DNA of 42,560 nucleotides from a virus: UHGV virus genome UHGV-0317890; one strand, 5' to 3'. Shown piece by piece: positions 34,158 to 42,560 of this stretch (position 1 is its first letter; each line of letters starts with the position of its first letter). The notes under the pieces were generated by a model. It saw only the letters and a program-made list of their open reading frames with translations, ran no database searches and was not told where the DNA came from. The position numbers and the translations under genes were made by a program.

Positions 34158-35334
34158 AAATAAAATTTACGCAGTACTGACAGACCGTGGCGCACAACTT
34201 GAAGCCGCTGCGCTGGCATCGGGTGTACCCGTGGTGCTGAATAAATTCGTTATTGGCGACGCAAACGGAAACGACGACGTAACACCGGACCCGGCACGAA
34301 CTGCATTAATTCACGAGACGTATCGTGGGGATATTAAATCCGCAGAAAATAGCGGTAACCAGGTTATCTTTACACTTTACGTACCGCCAGACACTGGGGG
34401 CTATACTATCCGTGAGGTGGGGATATTAACAGATAAAGGCGAGCTGTACTCTGTGGCGCGCTCGCCGGACATTTTAAAACCTACGGACAGCAACGGTGCG
34501 CTGATTTCAATCACGTATAAATACACACTCGCGGTGTCCAGCACATCTACGGTTAATGTTGTAGTATATGACAACTACGTAACTCCCGAGGAAGCTGACA
34601 AAAAATATTTGCAGATAAGTAAAAACTTATCTGAAATTCCCGCAAATGGTGAAACTGCTCAGCAGGCTGCGCGGAAAAATATTGGTATAGATGGGGACGT
34701 TGCATATAGAGATAAGGGTAATGCATTTACTCATCCAAATACTTTTAAAGATGATGTGATTTTTGAAGACGTTTTATCCTCTAAAAAACAAATAAATATA
34801 AACAAACCGGGCACTGATTTGACGTTGTTTTCATTTGCTGGTTTATCAGATGTGTCGGGCGATTATTTAGATTTTTCGACCCGTGGAGAAAACAATCAGA
34901 AGGTTTTTTATAGATTACGCGGAGTTCACTATGATGGCCTGGTGTTACTGTGCGGCGGGCAGACGTATAAATACTGGAATGAGGCTAATCTTAAACCGGT
35001 TAAAACGATTAACGGGGAGTCGCCGGATGAAAATGGCAACATAGATATAAGTCTTTCACCGGACCCATCACCGGAAATAGGTGTTGTTGGCGCGGTTGGT
35101 ACTTATGCGCTTGTCGCTATTAATCATGCACCACAAATACTCCCGGGCTCCATATGGGCTGGAGGGGATTTATATTACGCTAGTATAAATAATACCGGTT
35201 CATATAACACGGATATTGCCACAAAACCATTTTATGACACACCACTTATTGGCTCATGGCGAGCCATGGCGTATTCACCCGGTGGAGTCGGTGATATTGG
35301 GACTGCCTGTTTTTTAGCTATTAGGATTGCGTAA
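34150..35334 (+). CDS. H: Tail fiber protein (P2 gpH-like N-terminus; C-terminal region AT-rich)
   Basis: 394 aa; N-terminal ...ALIHETYRGDI...IREVGILTDKGELYSVA matches the conserved P2-type fiber N-domain; lower GC in the distal half. Confidence 0.6.
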   Translation: MAENKIYAVLTDRGAQLEAAALASGVPVVLNKFVIGDANGNDDVTPDPARTALIHETYRGDIKSAENSGNQVIFTLYVPPDTGGYTIREVGILTDKGELYSVARSPDILKPTDSNGALISITYKYTLAVSSTSTVNVVVYDNYVTPEEADKKYLQISKNLSEIPANGETAQQAARKNIGIDGDVAYRDKGNAFTHPNTFKDDVIFEDVLSSKKQININKPGTDLTLFSFAGLSDVSGDYLDFSTRGENNQKVFYRLRGVHYDGLVLLCGGQTYKYWNEANLKPVKTINGESPDENGNIDISLSPDPSPEIGVVGAVGTYALVAINHAPQILPGSIWAGGDLYYASINNTGSYNTDIATKPFYDTPLIGSWRAMAYSPGGVGDIGTACFLAIRIA

Positions 35335-35723
35335 TGATAAGCGTTGATTCATTTAGAAAAATAACAAACCCTGTTTTTAATGACGAGCATGGGTTATCTA
35401 TAAATATTATTTGCGATATTGACGGGATTGGAAACGACATTCCATTCACCGCAATGAAAAATGATTGCGAGGAACACGGTAGGGTTTTATATGAAAGAGC
35501 GCTGAGCGGGGATTATGGGAGCATTTCTAAATTTGTAAAAAAAGAGCAGACGCAAAAACTCCAGACTACATTACGGACTGTTGGCGATCTGTCAATTGAG
35601 GCATTCTCAATTCAGTGTGCAGTAGATGCCGGAACCGCATCTGACGCGCAAATCGAAAATTTGGCCGAGCTTAAAGAAGCAATAGCGACGCGAATTGGTG
35701 AAAATAGAGAAGGAATAAAATGA
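35334..35723 (+). CDS. Tail fiber assembly chaperone (gpG-position)
   Basis: 129-aa ORF directly after the fiber gene. Confidence 0.45.
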   Translation: MISVDSFRKITNPVFNDEHGLSINIICDIDGIGNDIPFTAMKNDCEEHGRVLYERALSGDYGSISKFVKKEQTQKLQTTLRTVGDLSIEAFSIQCAVDAGTASDAQIENLAELKEAIATRIGENREGIK

Positions 35724-37222
35724 GCGTAACTAATTTTTTACACGGTATTCGCACGCTCGAATACGACGACGGCACAAAAGAGATCAACACAGTAGATATT
35801 TCCGTGATTGGGATTGTTGGTACTGCTCCCGATTCCAGCTACCCAACTTGTGCATCACTATTATGGGGATCAGAGCTCGCAGACAATCTTGTTGAGTTTT
35901 CGACTGTCATGCCAGGGGCCGACGGAAACAACTGGATTGTTGAAATTGTTGATTTGGGAATTAACGGGAATGTAGCAACTCCAGGATACAGCACACTGCC
36001 CGACGGTTCGAGAAAATTAACAATGATCACGGACGGTGCCATGACCCCGTCAAAAATGTACGATCAGAACCAGCAGTATAAAGAAGGACTCCAGATTGGA
36101 GAATATATTAACGTCACATTCGGTGGTGATCACGCAGGAACGGGGACTGTATTCGCGCTCCCCCCAACAAATTTATCCGGTGGTAAAGACGAATCGTTCA
36201 AATATAATGTTCCGACGTTAATTGCAGGCAGTCAAAAAAAAGCTGGATTGCTCGGTGGGTCTGGAACCCTTCCTCCCGCTGTATCTGAAATACTAAATCA
36301 GGAGGATGCCATTATTGTTGTTGTCCGCGTCGAAGAGGACAGCGACGAAACAAAAATGCGGCAGAACGTCGTTAACGGGATTAACGCATTGTTGACGTCT
36401 GCGCAAATAAATCAAGTAACGCCGAGAATTTTAATCGCTCCAGATTATAGTGCTAACGATTATATTGCAGAACAACTTGAAGTGGTGACAAATAAATTAC
36501 GAGGCGTTGGATATATCGATTCACCGCGAGGCGCTACGCCTGCTGACGTTGTAAATCGTCGTCAGAGGTACGGCGGCAGAATGGAAATTCTGCGCCCTCG
36601 TGTTTATTCTACGAGTGATGTTAGTGGTTTATCTCGTCCGTATTCAGCTATCGCTGCTGGTTTACGAGCCAGAATTGATAACGAAAAAGGGTTTTGGTGG
36701 AGCAAATCGAATCAAAATATCTACGGAATTACAGGACTCGAACAAGTCGATGATTTTATAATCGGTGAAACGAACTGCACAGCAAATCTGCTGAACGCCA
36801 GCCAGGTCAGCACAATTATTCGCTATGATGGATTCAGACACTGGGGTAACTATCTGTGTAGCCTCAGTCCCCAATGGTCCTTTGAATGCGTTCGTCGGAC
36901 AGCTGACGTAATTGAGGATTCAATAGCCCGGGCAATGATGACCGATTTTATTGATCGCCCGATAGACCTGCACCTCGGAACAGACGTTGTAGAGTCGATA
37001 AACGCGTATCTGCATAAATTAGAGGAGCAGGGCGCGATTAACGGAGGACGGGCGTGGTTAGATGAAGAGTTAAATACAAAAGAAAGTCTGGCCGCTGGTA
37101 ATCTTTATATTAATGTTGACTTTGGACCGAAATCCCCGGCACAAACAATTACGTTAATGTACCGCATTAATAATGATTACACAGTTGAAGCTCTGGCCTC
37201 TCTTTTTAAAGAAACAGTCTAA
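35720..37222 (+). CDS. Contractile tail sheath protein (P2 FI-like)
   Basis: 500 aa; N-terminus MSVTNFLHGIRTLEYDDGTKEINTVDISVIGIVGTAPDS parallels P2 FI ([36 protein letters not shown]); IIRYDGFRHWGNYLCS parallels LIRRDGFRFWGNRTCS. Confidence 0.8.
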   Translation: MSVTNFLHGIRTLEYDDGTKEINTVDISVIGIVGTAPDSSYPTCASLLWGSELADNLVEFSTVMPGADGNNWIVEIVDLGINGNVATPGYSTLPDGSRKLTMITDGAMTPSKMYDQNQQYKEGLQIGEYINVTFGGDHAGTGTVFALPPTNLSGGKDESFKYNVPTLIAGSQKKAGLLGGSGTLPPAVSEILNQEDAIIVVVRVEEDSDETKMRQNVVNGINALLTSAQINQVTPRILIAPDYSANDYIAEQLEVVTNKLRGVGYIDSPRGATPADVVNRRQRYGGRMEILRPRVYSTSDVSGLSRPYSAIAAGLRARIDNEKGFWWSKSNQNIYGITGLEQVDDFIIGETNCTANLLNASQVSTIIRYDGFRHWGNYLCSLSPQWSFECVRRTADVIEDSIARAMMTDFIDRPIDLHLGTDVVESINAYLHKLEEQGAINGGRAWLDEELNTKESLAAGNLYINVDFGPKSPAQTITLMYRINNDYTVEALASLFKETV

Positions 37223-37239
37223 TAATCTGGAGAATTGAT

Positions 37240-37752
37240 ATGGCAGATAGTAACACCTATCGTGCATTTGCGTTGTTCGTCCAGGGAGAACGAGTTTTAA
37301 ATTGCACTGAATACACTCCCGTCGATATGAAAATAATCGAAGATGATTTTAAGACGGGCGCTATGGATACAGCTATCACTCTGGACGGGGGAATGGAGAA
37401 AATGTCAGCCAGTTTTAAAGTCTCTGGCTCCGATTCTGGTGTGATGGGGTATTTGGGATTAATACCAGGTGCTAAAACAAGGTTCGAAATTCGAAGTGCA
37501 TATACTGACAATTACGGTGTCAATTTTGAACGTATTGATACATATGAGGGGCTTATTACGGCGATTACTGATGACGCGCAGGGGACTGATTCAAAATCAG
37601 CAGTTGGGCAATCAGTAACGATTGCGCCGAGCTATTATAAACGAGTTCAAAATGGAAAAATTATTTACGAGATTCATCCTGCAAAAATGAAACGAGTAAT
37701 TAATGGTGTTGACGTTCTTGCGGGCGTTGCTCGTATTCTCCATGTATATTAA
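37240..37752 (+). CDS. Tail tube protein (P2 FII-like)
   Basis: 170-aa ORF immediately after the sheath gene; C-terminal INGVD shared with P2 FII. Confidence 0.6.
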   Translation: MADSNTYRAFALFVQGERVLNCTEYTPVDMKIIEDDFKTGAMDTAITLDGGMEKMSASFKVSGSDSGVMGYLGLIPGAKTRFEIRSAYTDNYGVNFERIDTYEGLITAITDDAQGTDSKSAVGQSVTIAPSYYKRVQNGKIIYEIHPAKMKRVINGVDVLAGVARILHVY

Positions 37753-37764
37753 AAGGCAAATAAA

Positions 37765-38046
37765 ATGGAATCATTATTAGACAGTATGACTATTACGCTC
37801 TCTCGCCCGTTTATTATTAAGGGGGAGAGCCGCGATACAATTACTATTCGCGAACCAAAATTACGCGACCGCATTATGTTCAGTAACGATAAAAGTGGTC
37901 TTGAAGAGCGGACAGCGACAATGCTGGCGCGCCTGGCAAATCTGGAGCGTGAGGATTTATATGCACTGCCTGCGTGCGATTACGATCAAATGGAGGCCGC
38001 ATTTAACGAACTGGTAAAGCCTCCGAAAGACCGACATCAGATATAG
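37765..38046 (+). CDS. Tail assembly chaperone (P2 gpE-like); -1 frame stays open into the next gene
   Basis: 93 aa; the -1 frame is open from ~38007 to ~38172, overlapping the tape-measure start, as in the E/E' arrangement. Confidence 0.45.
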   Translation: MESLLDSMTITLSRPFIIKGESRDTITIREPKLRDRIMFSNDKSGLEERTATMLARLANLEREDLYALPACDYDQMEAAFNELVKPPKDRHQI

Positions 38047-38154
38047 TTATTCTGATTCCGTTTATTGCGAAAAAACTTGCCATCCCGCCCGATACGCAAA
38101 TGGACCTGCCGTACCGGGTTTTTAATTTCTATGTAAACGAGGTCATGAAAATCG

Positions 38155-39795
38155 ATGGCTATTTCTCAAAACTTTAAAACGCAGGTTGTATTCGGTGGGC
38201 GAATAGACCCGTCGTTTCGTCGCGGTACAACAGAACTCAATGATGCGATTCGGCAGACGTCGTCTACTGTCGGGAAATTAACGAAAAGTCAGGATAAATT
38301 AAAAGACAAAATCGCAGCAATGAAACTGGCAGGTAAAGACGTTTCTGATTTATCTGCTCAGTATCAAAAGCTGGACCGTCGAATAAAAGCGACAACGCAG
38401 GACCAGGAGGCGCTGAATACTCAACTTGCTAAAAAACAGCGGCTGGAGAAGTGGACGGGTCGCGCAAAAGGAGCTGCAAAATGGGGCGGACGAGCCGCCG
38501 CAGGTGCGGTGAGGGCTACGGGGCGGGGTATCAAATGGGGGACACTTGGCGCGGCAGGGCTCATTGGCGGTGCTGCAGCTGGTGCGCTGGCAATGAATGC
38601 AGAGACGTCAGAAAAACTCGGTCTGGCGAAGTCCTACGGCGTTGGCGTCGAAAAATACGCTGCGTGGGAAAATATTGGTAAAGCCGCGGGCCTGAACGGC
38701 GAAAATATCGGGGATTTGTCTGAAGAACTTACAAATAAAATCGGCGAAATCGGAAACGAAAAAAGCCTGAATCCCATGTTATTTCAAATTGGCCTGACGA
38801 AAAAACGAATGGCTGGCTGGGATCGGGAAAAACAGTTTAATGAGGTTATGCGTCGCATCTCTGAAATGAAAGATGAGAAGCAAGCGGCGAGCCTCGCTGA
38901 CCAGCTCATGGGGGGCGAGGCTAATAAGATCATGACGTATATGAAGGCGACGGGTAAAAGCTGGGAACAGACAATGTCTGACGCGCAAAAGTCGAATTTG
39001 TTAACAAAAGAGGGTGCGGAAGGGGCGGCGCGTGCGCATGTATCAGTGACAAATCTGTGGGGCTCTATTACGTCGGGACTTGCAGATACACTCGGTAAAA
39101 TCGGGGGGGAACTCGCGCCGACGTTTGACTCAGTACGTGAAACATTTACATCCTGGTTTAAGGATAATCAGGGTGGTTTTGTCAGCACAATTACTGAGTG
39201 GGTAAAACCAGAAAATATGAAAAAAATGTGGGATGGCATCGTCAATTTTGGAGAAGGTTGCGTCAAATTCGGGAAGATTATATGGGCTGTCGTAAAGAAA
39301 CTGGAGTGGCTTATTCCGGATGAAAAATCAGATGAAGAACAGAAAACTTATAATGACGAATATAATCGGGCATATCAAGAGTTTATGGATTCGGGAGGTA
39401 AATATTCACCGAACGCTGGATTGACTGCTGATAATATTGCGAAGGCAAAAGCCGAAGAGGCTGTCGAAAATATGCGGCATCCAGAACGGCAAGAACAGGC
39501 AAAATCTCAGGCAGAATCAATGCTCGCGTTTGTTAATCCATTATCCGGGATGGTAAATAAAAATACCGCGCCTGCAGCACTGGATTCGTCGACGTTAAAT
39601 ATTGATACGTTGAAGCAGGCAGTCTCGACACCTGCGCCGGAGCAAAACAATAAAATCGAAATCAATATTGTCGGTGCGACAGATCCGCAGTCAATACAAC
39701 AATCTGCAGCGTCGGGGGTGCTCGATGGACTGAGACAGGCTGCGAGTTCGTACAATCGTGGCGCGATGTTTGATAAACCAGCTGCGGCGGGGTGA
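38155..39795 (+). CDS. T: Tail tape measure protein
   Basis: 546 aa, Ala/Gly/Lys-rich with coiled-coil character; between chaperone and gpU-like gene. Confidence 0.6.
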   Translation: MAISQNFKTQVVFGGRIDPSFRRGTTELNDAIRQTSSTVGKLTKSQDKLKDKIAAMKLAGKDVSDLSAQYQKLDRRIKATTQDQEALNTQLAKKQRLEKWTGRAKGAAKWGGRAAAGAVRATGRGIKWGTLGAAGLIGGAAAGALAMNAETSEKLGLAKSYGVGVEKYAAWENIGKAAGLNGENIGDLSEELTNKIGEIGNEKSLNPMLFQIGLTKKRMAGWDREKQFNEVMRRISEMKDEKQAASLADQLMGGEANKIMTYMKATGKSWEQTMSDAQKSNLLTKEGAEGAARAHVSVTNLWGSITSGLADTLGKIGGELAPTFDSVRETFTSWFKDNQGGFVSTITEWVKPENMKKMWDGIVNFGEGCVKFGKIIWAVVKKLEWLIPDEKSDEEQKTYNDEYNRAYQEFMDSGGKYSPNAGLTADNIAKAKAEEAVENMRHPERQEQAKSQAESMLAFVNPLSGMVNKNTAPAALDSSTLNIDTLKQAVSTPAPEQNNKIEINIVGATDPQSIQQSAASGVLDGLRQAASSYNRGAMFDKPAAAG

Positions 39796-40220
39796 CAATG
39801 AGTGATGCAATAAACGGTGCTGAGGATATCATGCTCGGCCTGGGTGATTTCATTTTTGCTATATCAACAGTAGCGTACAACAAACTGCAACGTAGTGACG
39901 CCTGGCGCTGGGCTCAGCAAACACGATTCGGGAAAAACGACGCGTTGCAGATAACCGGACGACCGAACCCCACAATTACTATCGATGGAAAGATAAACGC
40001 TTTATTTCTTGACGGGTGCGGCGTCGGCCTGTTGACAGATTTGCGAGCGCTCGGGAACACGGGAGAACCCCAGCAGCTAGTGCTGGGGACCGGGGAGGTG
40101 AAAGGGTACTGGGTGCTGCGAGAACTAACTGAAACGCAAAACAGCTTTTTGATGGGCGGAACACCTAAATCGCAGGACTTTTCACTCACGCTCGAATATT
40201 ATGGAGCTTCGCTAGATTAA
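39792..40220 (+). CDS. U: Tail protein U-like
   Basis: ...GLGDFIFAISTVAYNKLQRSDAWRWAQQTRFGKNDALQITG matches the P2 U N-terminal pattern. Confidence 0.65.
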   Translation: MTMSDAINGAEDIMLGLGDFIFAISTVAYNKLQRSDAWRWAQQTRFGKNDALQITGRPNPTITIDGKINALFLDGCGVGLLTDLRALGNTGEPQQLVLGTGEVKGYWVLRELTETQNSFLMGGTPKSQDFSLTLEYYGASLD

Positions 40221-40393
40221 TACAAAATCAAGCGCTACCAGAGCACTTAACAAGTATAAAAATAATAAAAAAAACTACGAACATAAATGTAAAACAACCT
40301 GATGGTATTTTTTTTGACGCCGAAATACTAATACCTCTCCGACTACTAAAATTAATTCTCATTATGAAATCCTTTTAATTAATGGGGCCCCAA

Positions 40394-40606
40394 ATGATTA
40401 CATACACTACACGGGACGGTGACCGTCTCGATCAGATCTGCCTTGCGGTCTACGGGAGAGCGTCAAAAACGACAGAGACTGTTTTATATCAGGTTTCGAA
40501 TTACGGCGTAACGGATATGTGTGCCGTGTTTCGTGCTGGAGAAAAAATTGTTTTACCAGATATCGAACCAGAGCCGGTTAAAAAAGAAACGCAATTATGG
40601 GATTGA
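40394..40606 (+). CDS. X: Tail protein X-like (LysM-like)
   Basis: MITYTTRDGDRLDQICLAVYGR...ETVLYQ...GEKIVLPDIEPEPVKKETQLWD parallels P2 X (GDTLDAICVRYYGRTEG..VLPDVQTAPVAETVNLWE); start set to ATG at 40394. Confidence 0.65.
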   Translation: MITYTTRDGDRLDQICLAVYGRASKTTETVLYQVSNYGVTDMCAVFRAGEKIVLPDIEPEPVKKETQLWD

Positions 40607-40609
40607 TGA

Positions 40610-41654
40610 ATGAGTGATTACGTAAATACTGGCGTGGAGGCGTGGAAACCTAATTTTTATATATCTGCTGATAATAAAAACATCACGGATAAAATAAGAA
40701 AAGGTTTGATCAATATCACGCTGACAGATTACGGCGGCTCCAGTAAACAGACAGACGAACTCCGCGTAGCAATAGTTTCTGAAACTCTGAAAATTCCGGC
40801 CCGCGGAGTAAAAATCAGTATTGGGCTCGGTTTCGGTAATCAGATAATTGATAAAGGGATATACATCGTTGACGGTGCTAGCAGTGGCGGTGAACCCCGG
40901 GTAGTTGATTTCACAGCAAAAGCGGCTCCGATGAACGCAGCAAAAGGATCTCCGACAGTTCAGAGCAAAAAGACTCGTTCCTGGAGCGACGTCACTGTCA
41001 GCGATATCGTTGCGACAATAGCGAGCGATAATGGGCTAAAACCACGCGTATCAAAGCGGTTTGCAGACAATGTTATCACGCAACTCGATCAGGTCGGCGA
41101 GTCAGATATGCACCTGATGTCGCGGCTCGCAACGAGATTCGATGCGGTGAGTAAACCCGCGGGCGGGTACTGGATATTCCTGCCGCGCGGCGCGGGCGAA
41201 TCTGTTAGCGGTGCTCCGCTCCAGCACTACACGCTAACTCGTCGTGATAACTCCAGCTGGGGCTATTCGAGAAATGGACAAAGTGGCGATAGTGGTAGCG
41301 GTGGCGAAAATCCGGAACCGACGTATCTGATTAAATATCACGACACAGCAACTGGGCAGATCAAAGAATTGCGGACAAGGTAGTGGCGGCGATCCTGTCA
41401 TTGAATGGCCGGCAGTTGAGCCGTCGCTCGACGCAGCGAAAGAAGCTGCACCAGGGCTCAAGGGCGGTGCAGCTAAAAAAGAGTTCTCTATGACGTACAC
41501 GACGCCAGCGACGCTCGATTTAGTGTCGCTGACAGCAGAATGCAAAGTCACAACTCAAGGTTTCGGGACCGAGGAGGACCGGGACTGGACTATCAACACA
41601 CTGAGTCTGACGCTCGCTGAAAACGGTTTTTCGGTTCGGCTGTCTCTGGAGTAA
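40610..41654 (+). pseudogene. D: Tail late-control protein D-like, interrupted by a frameshift near 41380
   Basis: ORF 40610-41383 (257 aa) ends at TAG; the +1 frame continues 41382-41654 (SGGDPVIEWPAVEPSLDAAKEAAPGLKGG...DWTINTLSLTLAENGFSVRLSLE); together ~347 aa, about the size of P2 D. Confidence 0.5.
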
Positions 41655-41820
41655 ATGGGCTCGGCGAGCCGGTGGCGGTATGAATTTAGTATTAACAGAT
41701 GTCGACTGCAAACGGCACCTGCGATATTTTTAGGCGTAAGCCGGAGAACGAAGAGTCTCTGGTGCTGAACGTTGTTATCGTTAGATGCTGACATATTTTT
41801 AATATTGGGAGTTTTCAAAC

Positions 41821-42240
41821 ATGGTCGTTAAAAATGGTCTTGCCTGTGGGATTATGCTTGCTCTTGTCGGTTGTGCTACAAAACCTGTCTCAAATGAACA
41901 AGCCACTCCTGTTCCTGAAAAACAAATTATCAGTACCGCGTTACTCGAAAAACGAGACGGTACGGGAGAGGTGATCATCAAGCGTGACTCGGGTTTCTTT
42001 GGAAGCGCGTGTTTTTCCCGTGTTTATGTTGATGGTAAAGAGGTGGCAGATTTAGGTACAGCTCAGAAAGTCGTTGTATACCCAACGATTGGTGATCATG
42101 TCTTCAGCGCGTGGCCAAAAGGAGTATGTGGTGGTGGCATGAGCGAACAAGCGGGCAAGGTGACAACAGATCGTACTTTGATGTATCGCATAGGGTATGG
42201 ATCAAACGGTGAATATGGAATTCACCCAACCGCGTTTTAA
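41821..42240 (+). CDS. Lipoprotein of unknown function (copy 1)
   Basis: 139 aa; signal peptide with lipobox LALVGC; several Cys. Confidence 0.5.
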   Translation: MVVKNGLACGIMLALVGCATKPVSNEQATPVPEKQIISTALLEKRDGTGEVIIKRDSGFFGSACFSRVYVDGKEVADLGTAQKVVVYPTIGDHVFSAWPKGVCGGGMSEQAGKVTTDRTLMYRIGYGSNGEYGIHPTAF

Positions 42241-42248
42241 TTTGTGTT

Positions 42249-42278
42249 GGGGTATGTGAGTTTTTCTCATACCCCTTT
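42249..42278. terminator. Hairpin with U-rich loop and tail between convergent lipoprotein gene copies
   Basis: GGGGTATGTGAG-TTTTT-CTCATACCCC followed by TTTACC. Confidence 0.4.
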
Positions 42279-42457
42279 ACCTCGCTTTGCTCCTGACAGT
42301 TTGGTCACATAAAGGCGCAGAACATCACCATTTTTGCCAAAAACCTTCAGAAGACGATGAGTAAGACGCGTCGTAACTATATGATTATTTGATATTCATA
42401 CACACCATTATGTCCGGATAATTTGCCATAATTATTTGAATTTATTGCACAAAGCGA

Positions 42458-42560
42458 CCCAACACAAATTAAAACGCGGTTGGGTGAATTCCATATTCAC
42501 CGTTTGATCCATACCCTATGCGATACATCAAAGTACGATCTGTTGTCACCTTGCCCGCTT
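42458..42560 (-). repeat. Inverted second copy of the lipoprotein gene 3' end (runs off the right edge)
   Basis: Reverse complement of ~42149-42252 at 100% identity over at least 91 bp, including the stop codon and ~12 bp of 3' flank. Confidence 0.8.

Larger units (their letters stand above)
1..42560. mobile_element. Lambdoid prophage, mosaic (lambda-like early and head genes, P2-like contractile tail); left end beyond window
   Basis: Contiguous phage gene order int-xis-recombination-immunity-replication-nin-Q-lysis-terminase-head-tail; nearly all ORFs have phage-like products. Confidence 0.9.

Noticed and set aside
1-42560. Insertion sequences, transposases, retron reverse transcriptase, rRNA genes
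   Set aside because: No ORF with transposase or reverse-transcriptase motifs and no rRNA-like sequence was seen; repeats found are explained as gene duplications or remnants rather than IS ends.

Overview
The window is almost entirely one mosaic lambdoid prophage, read left to right: a tyrosine integrase (minus strand, running off the left edge) and excisionase; a leftward early operon with a Gp157-like protein and a 738-aa protein carrying a Rad52/Erf-type annealing domain; an ORF-poor, repeat-rich 1-kb region; an immunity region (HTH repressor divergent from Cro-like and YdaT-like genes); an O-like initiator with internal iterons and a DnaB-family helicase; small coupled nin-type genes; an antirepressor; a ~6-kb accessory region; Q-like/lysis genes; lambda-like head genes (Nu1-like, A, W, B, C, D, E, FI); and a P2-like contractile tail module (V, W, J, I, H, G, sheath, tube, E, T, U, X, D). 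The most notable observations are: (1) a 3.3-kb AT-rich cargo insertion bounded by 68-bp direct repeats, one of which is a gene-end remnant; (2) an ImmA/IrrE-type peptidase gene overlapping a membrane-protein gene, a candidate undescribed toxin-antitoxin or defence pair; (3) a LexA-box promoter driving a small gene, a candidate SOS-controlled antirepressor; (4) a portal gene broken by an inverted segment flanked by a perfect 77-bp inverted repeat; (5) a frameshifted gpD-like tail gene; and (6) an inverted duplicate of a lipoprotein gene at the right edge. All family assignments come from reading the translations and from recalled motifs, not from database searches. Coordinates of small motifs may be off by 1-2 bp.
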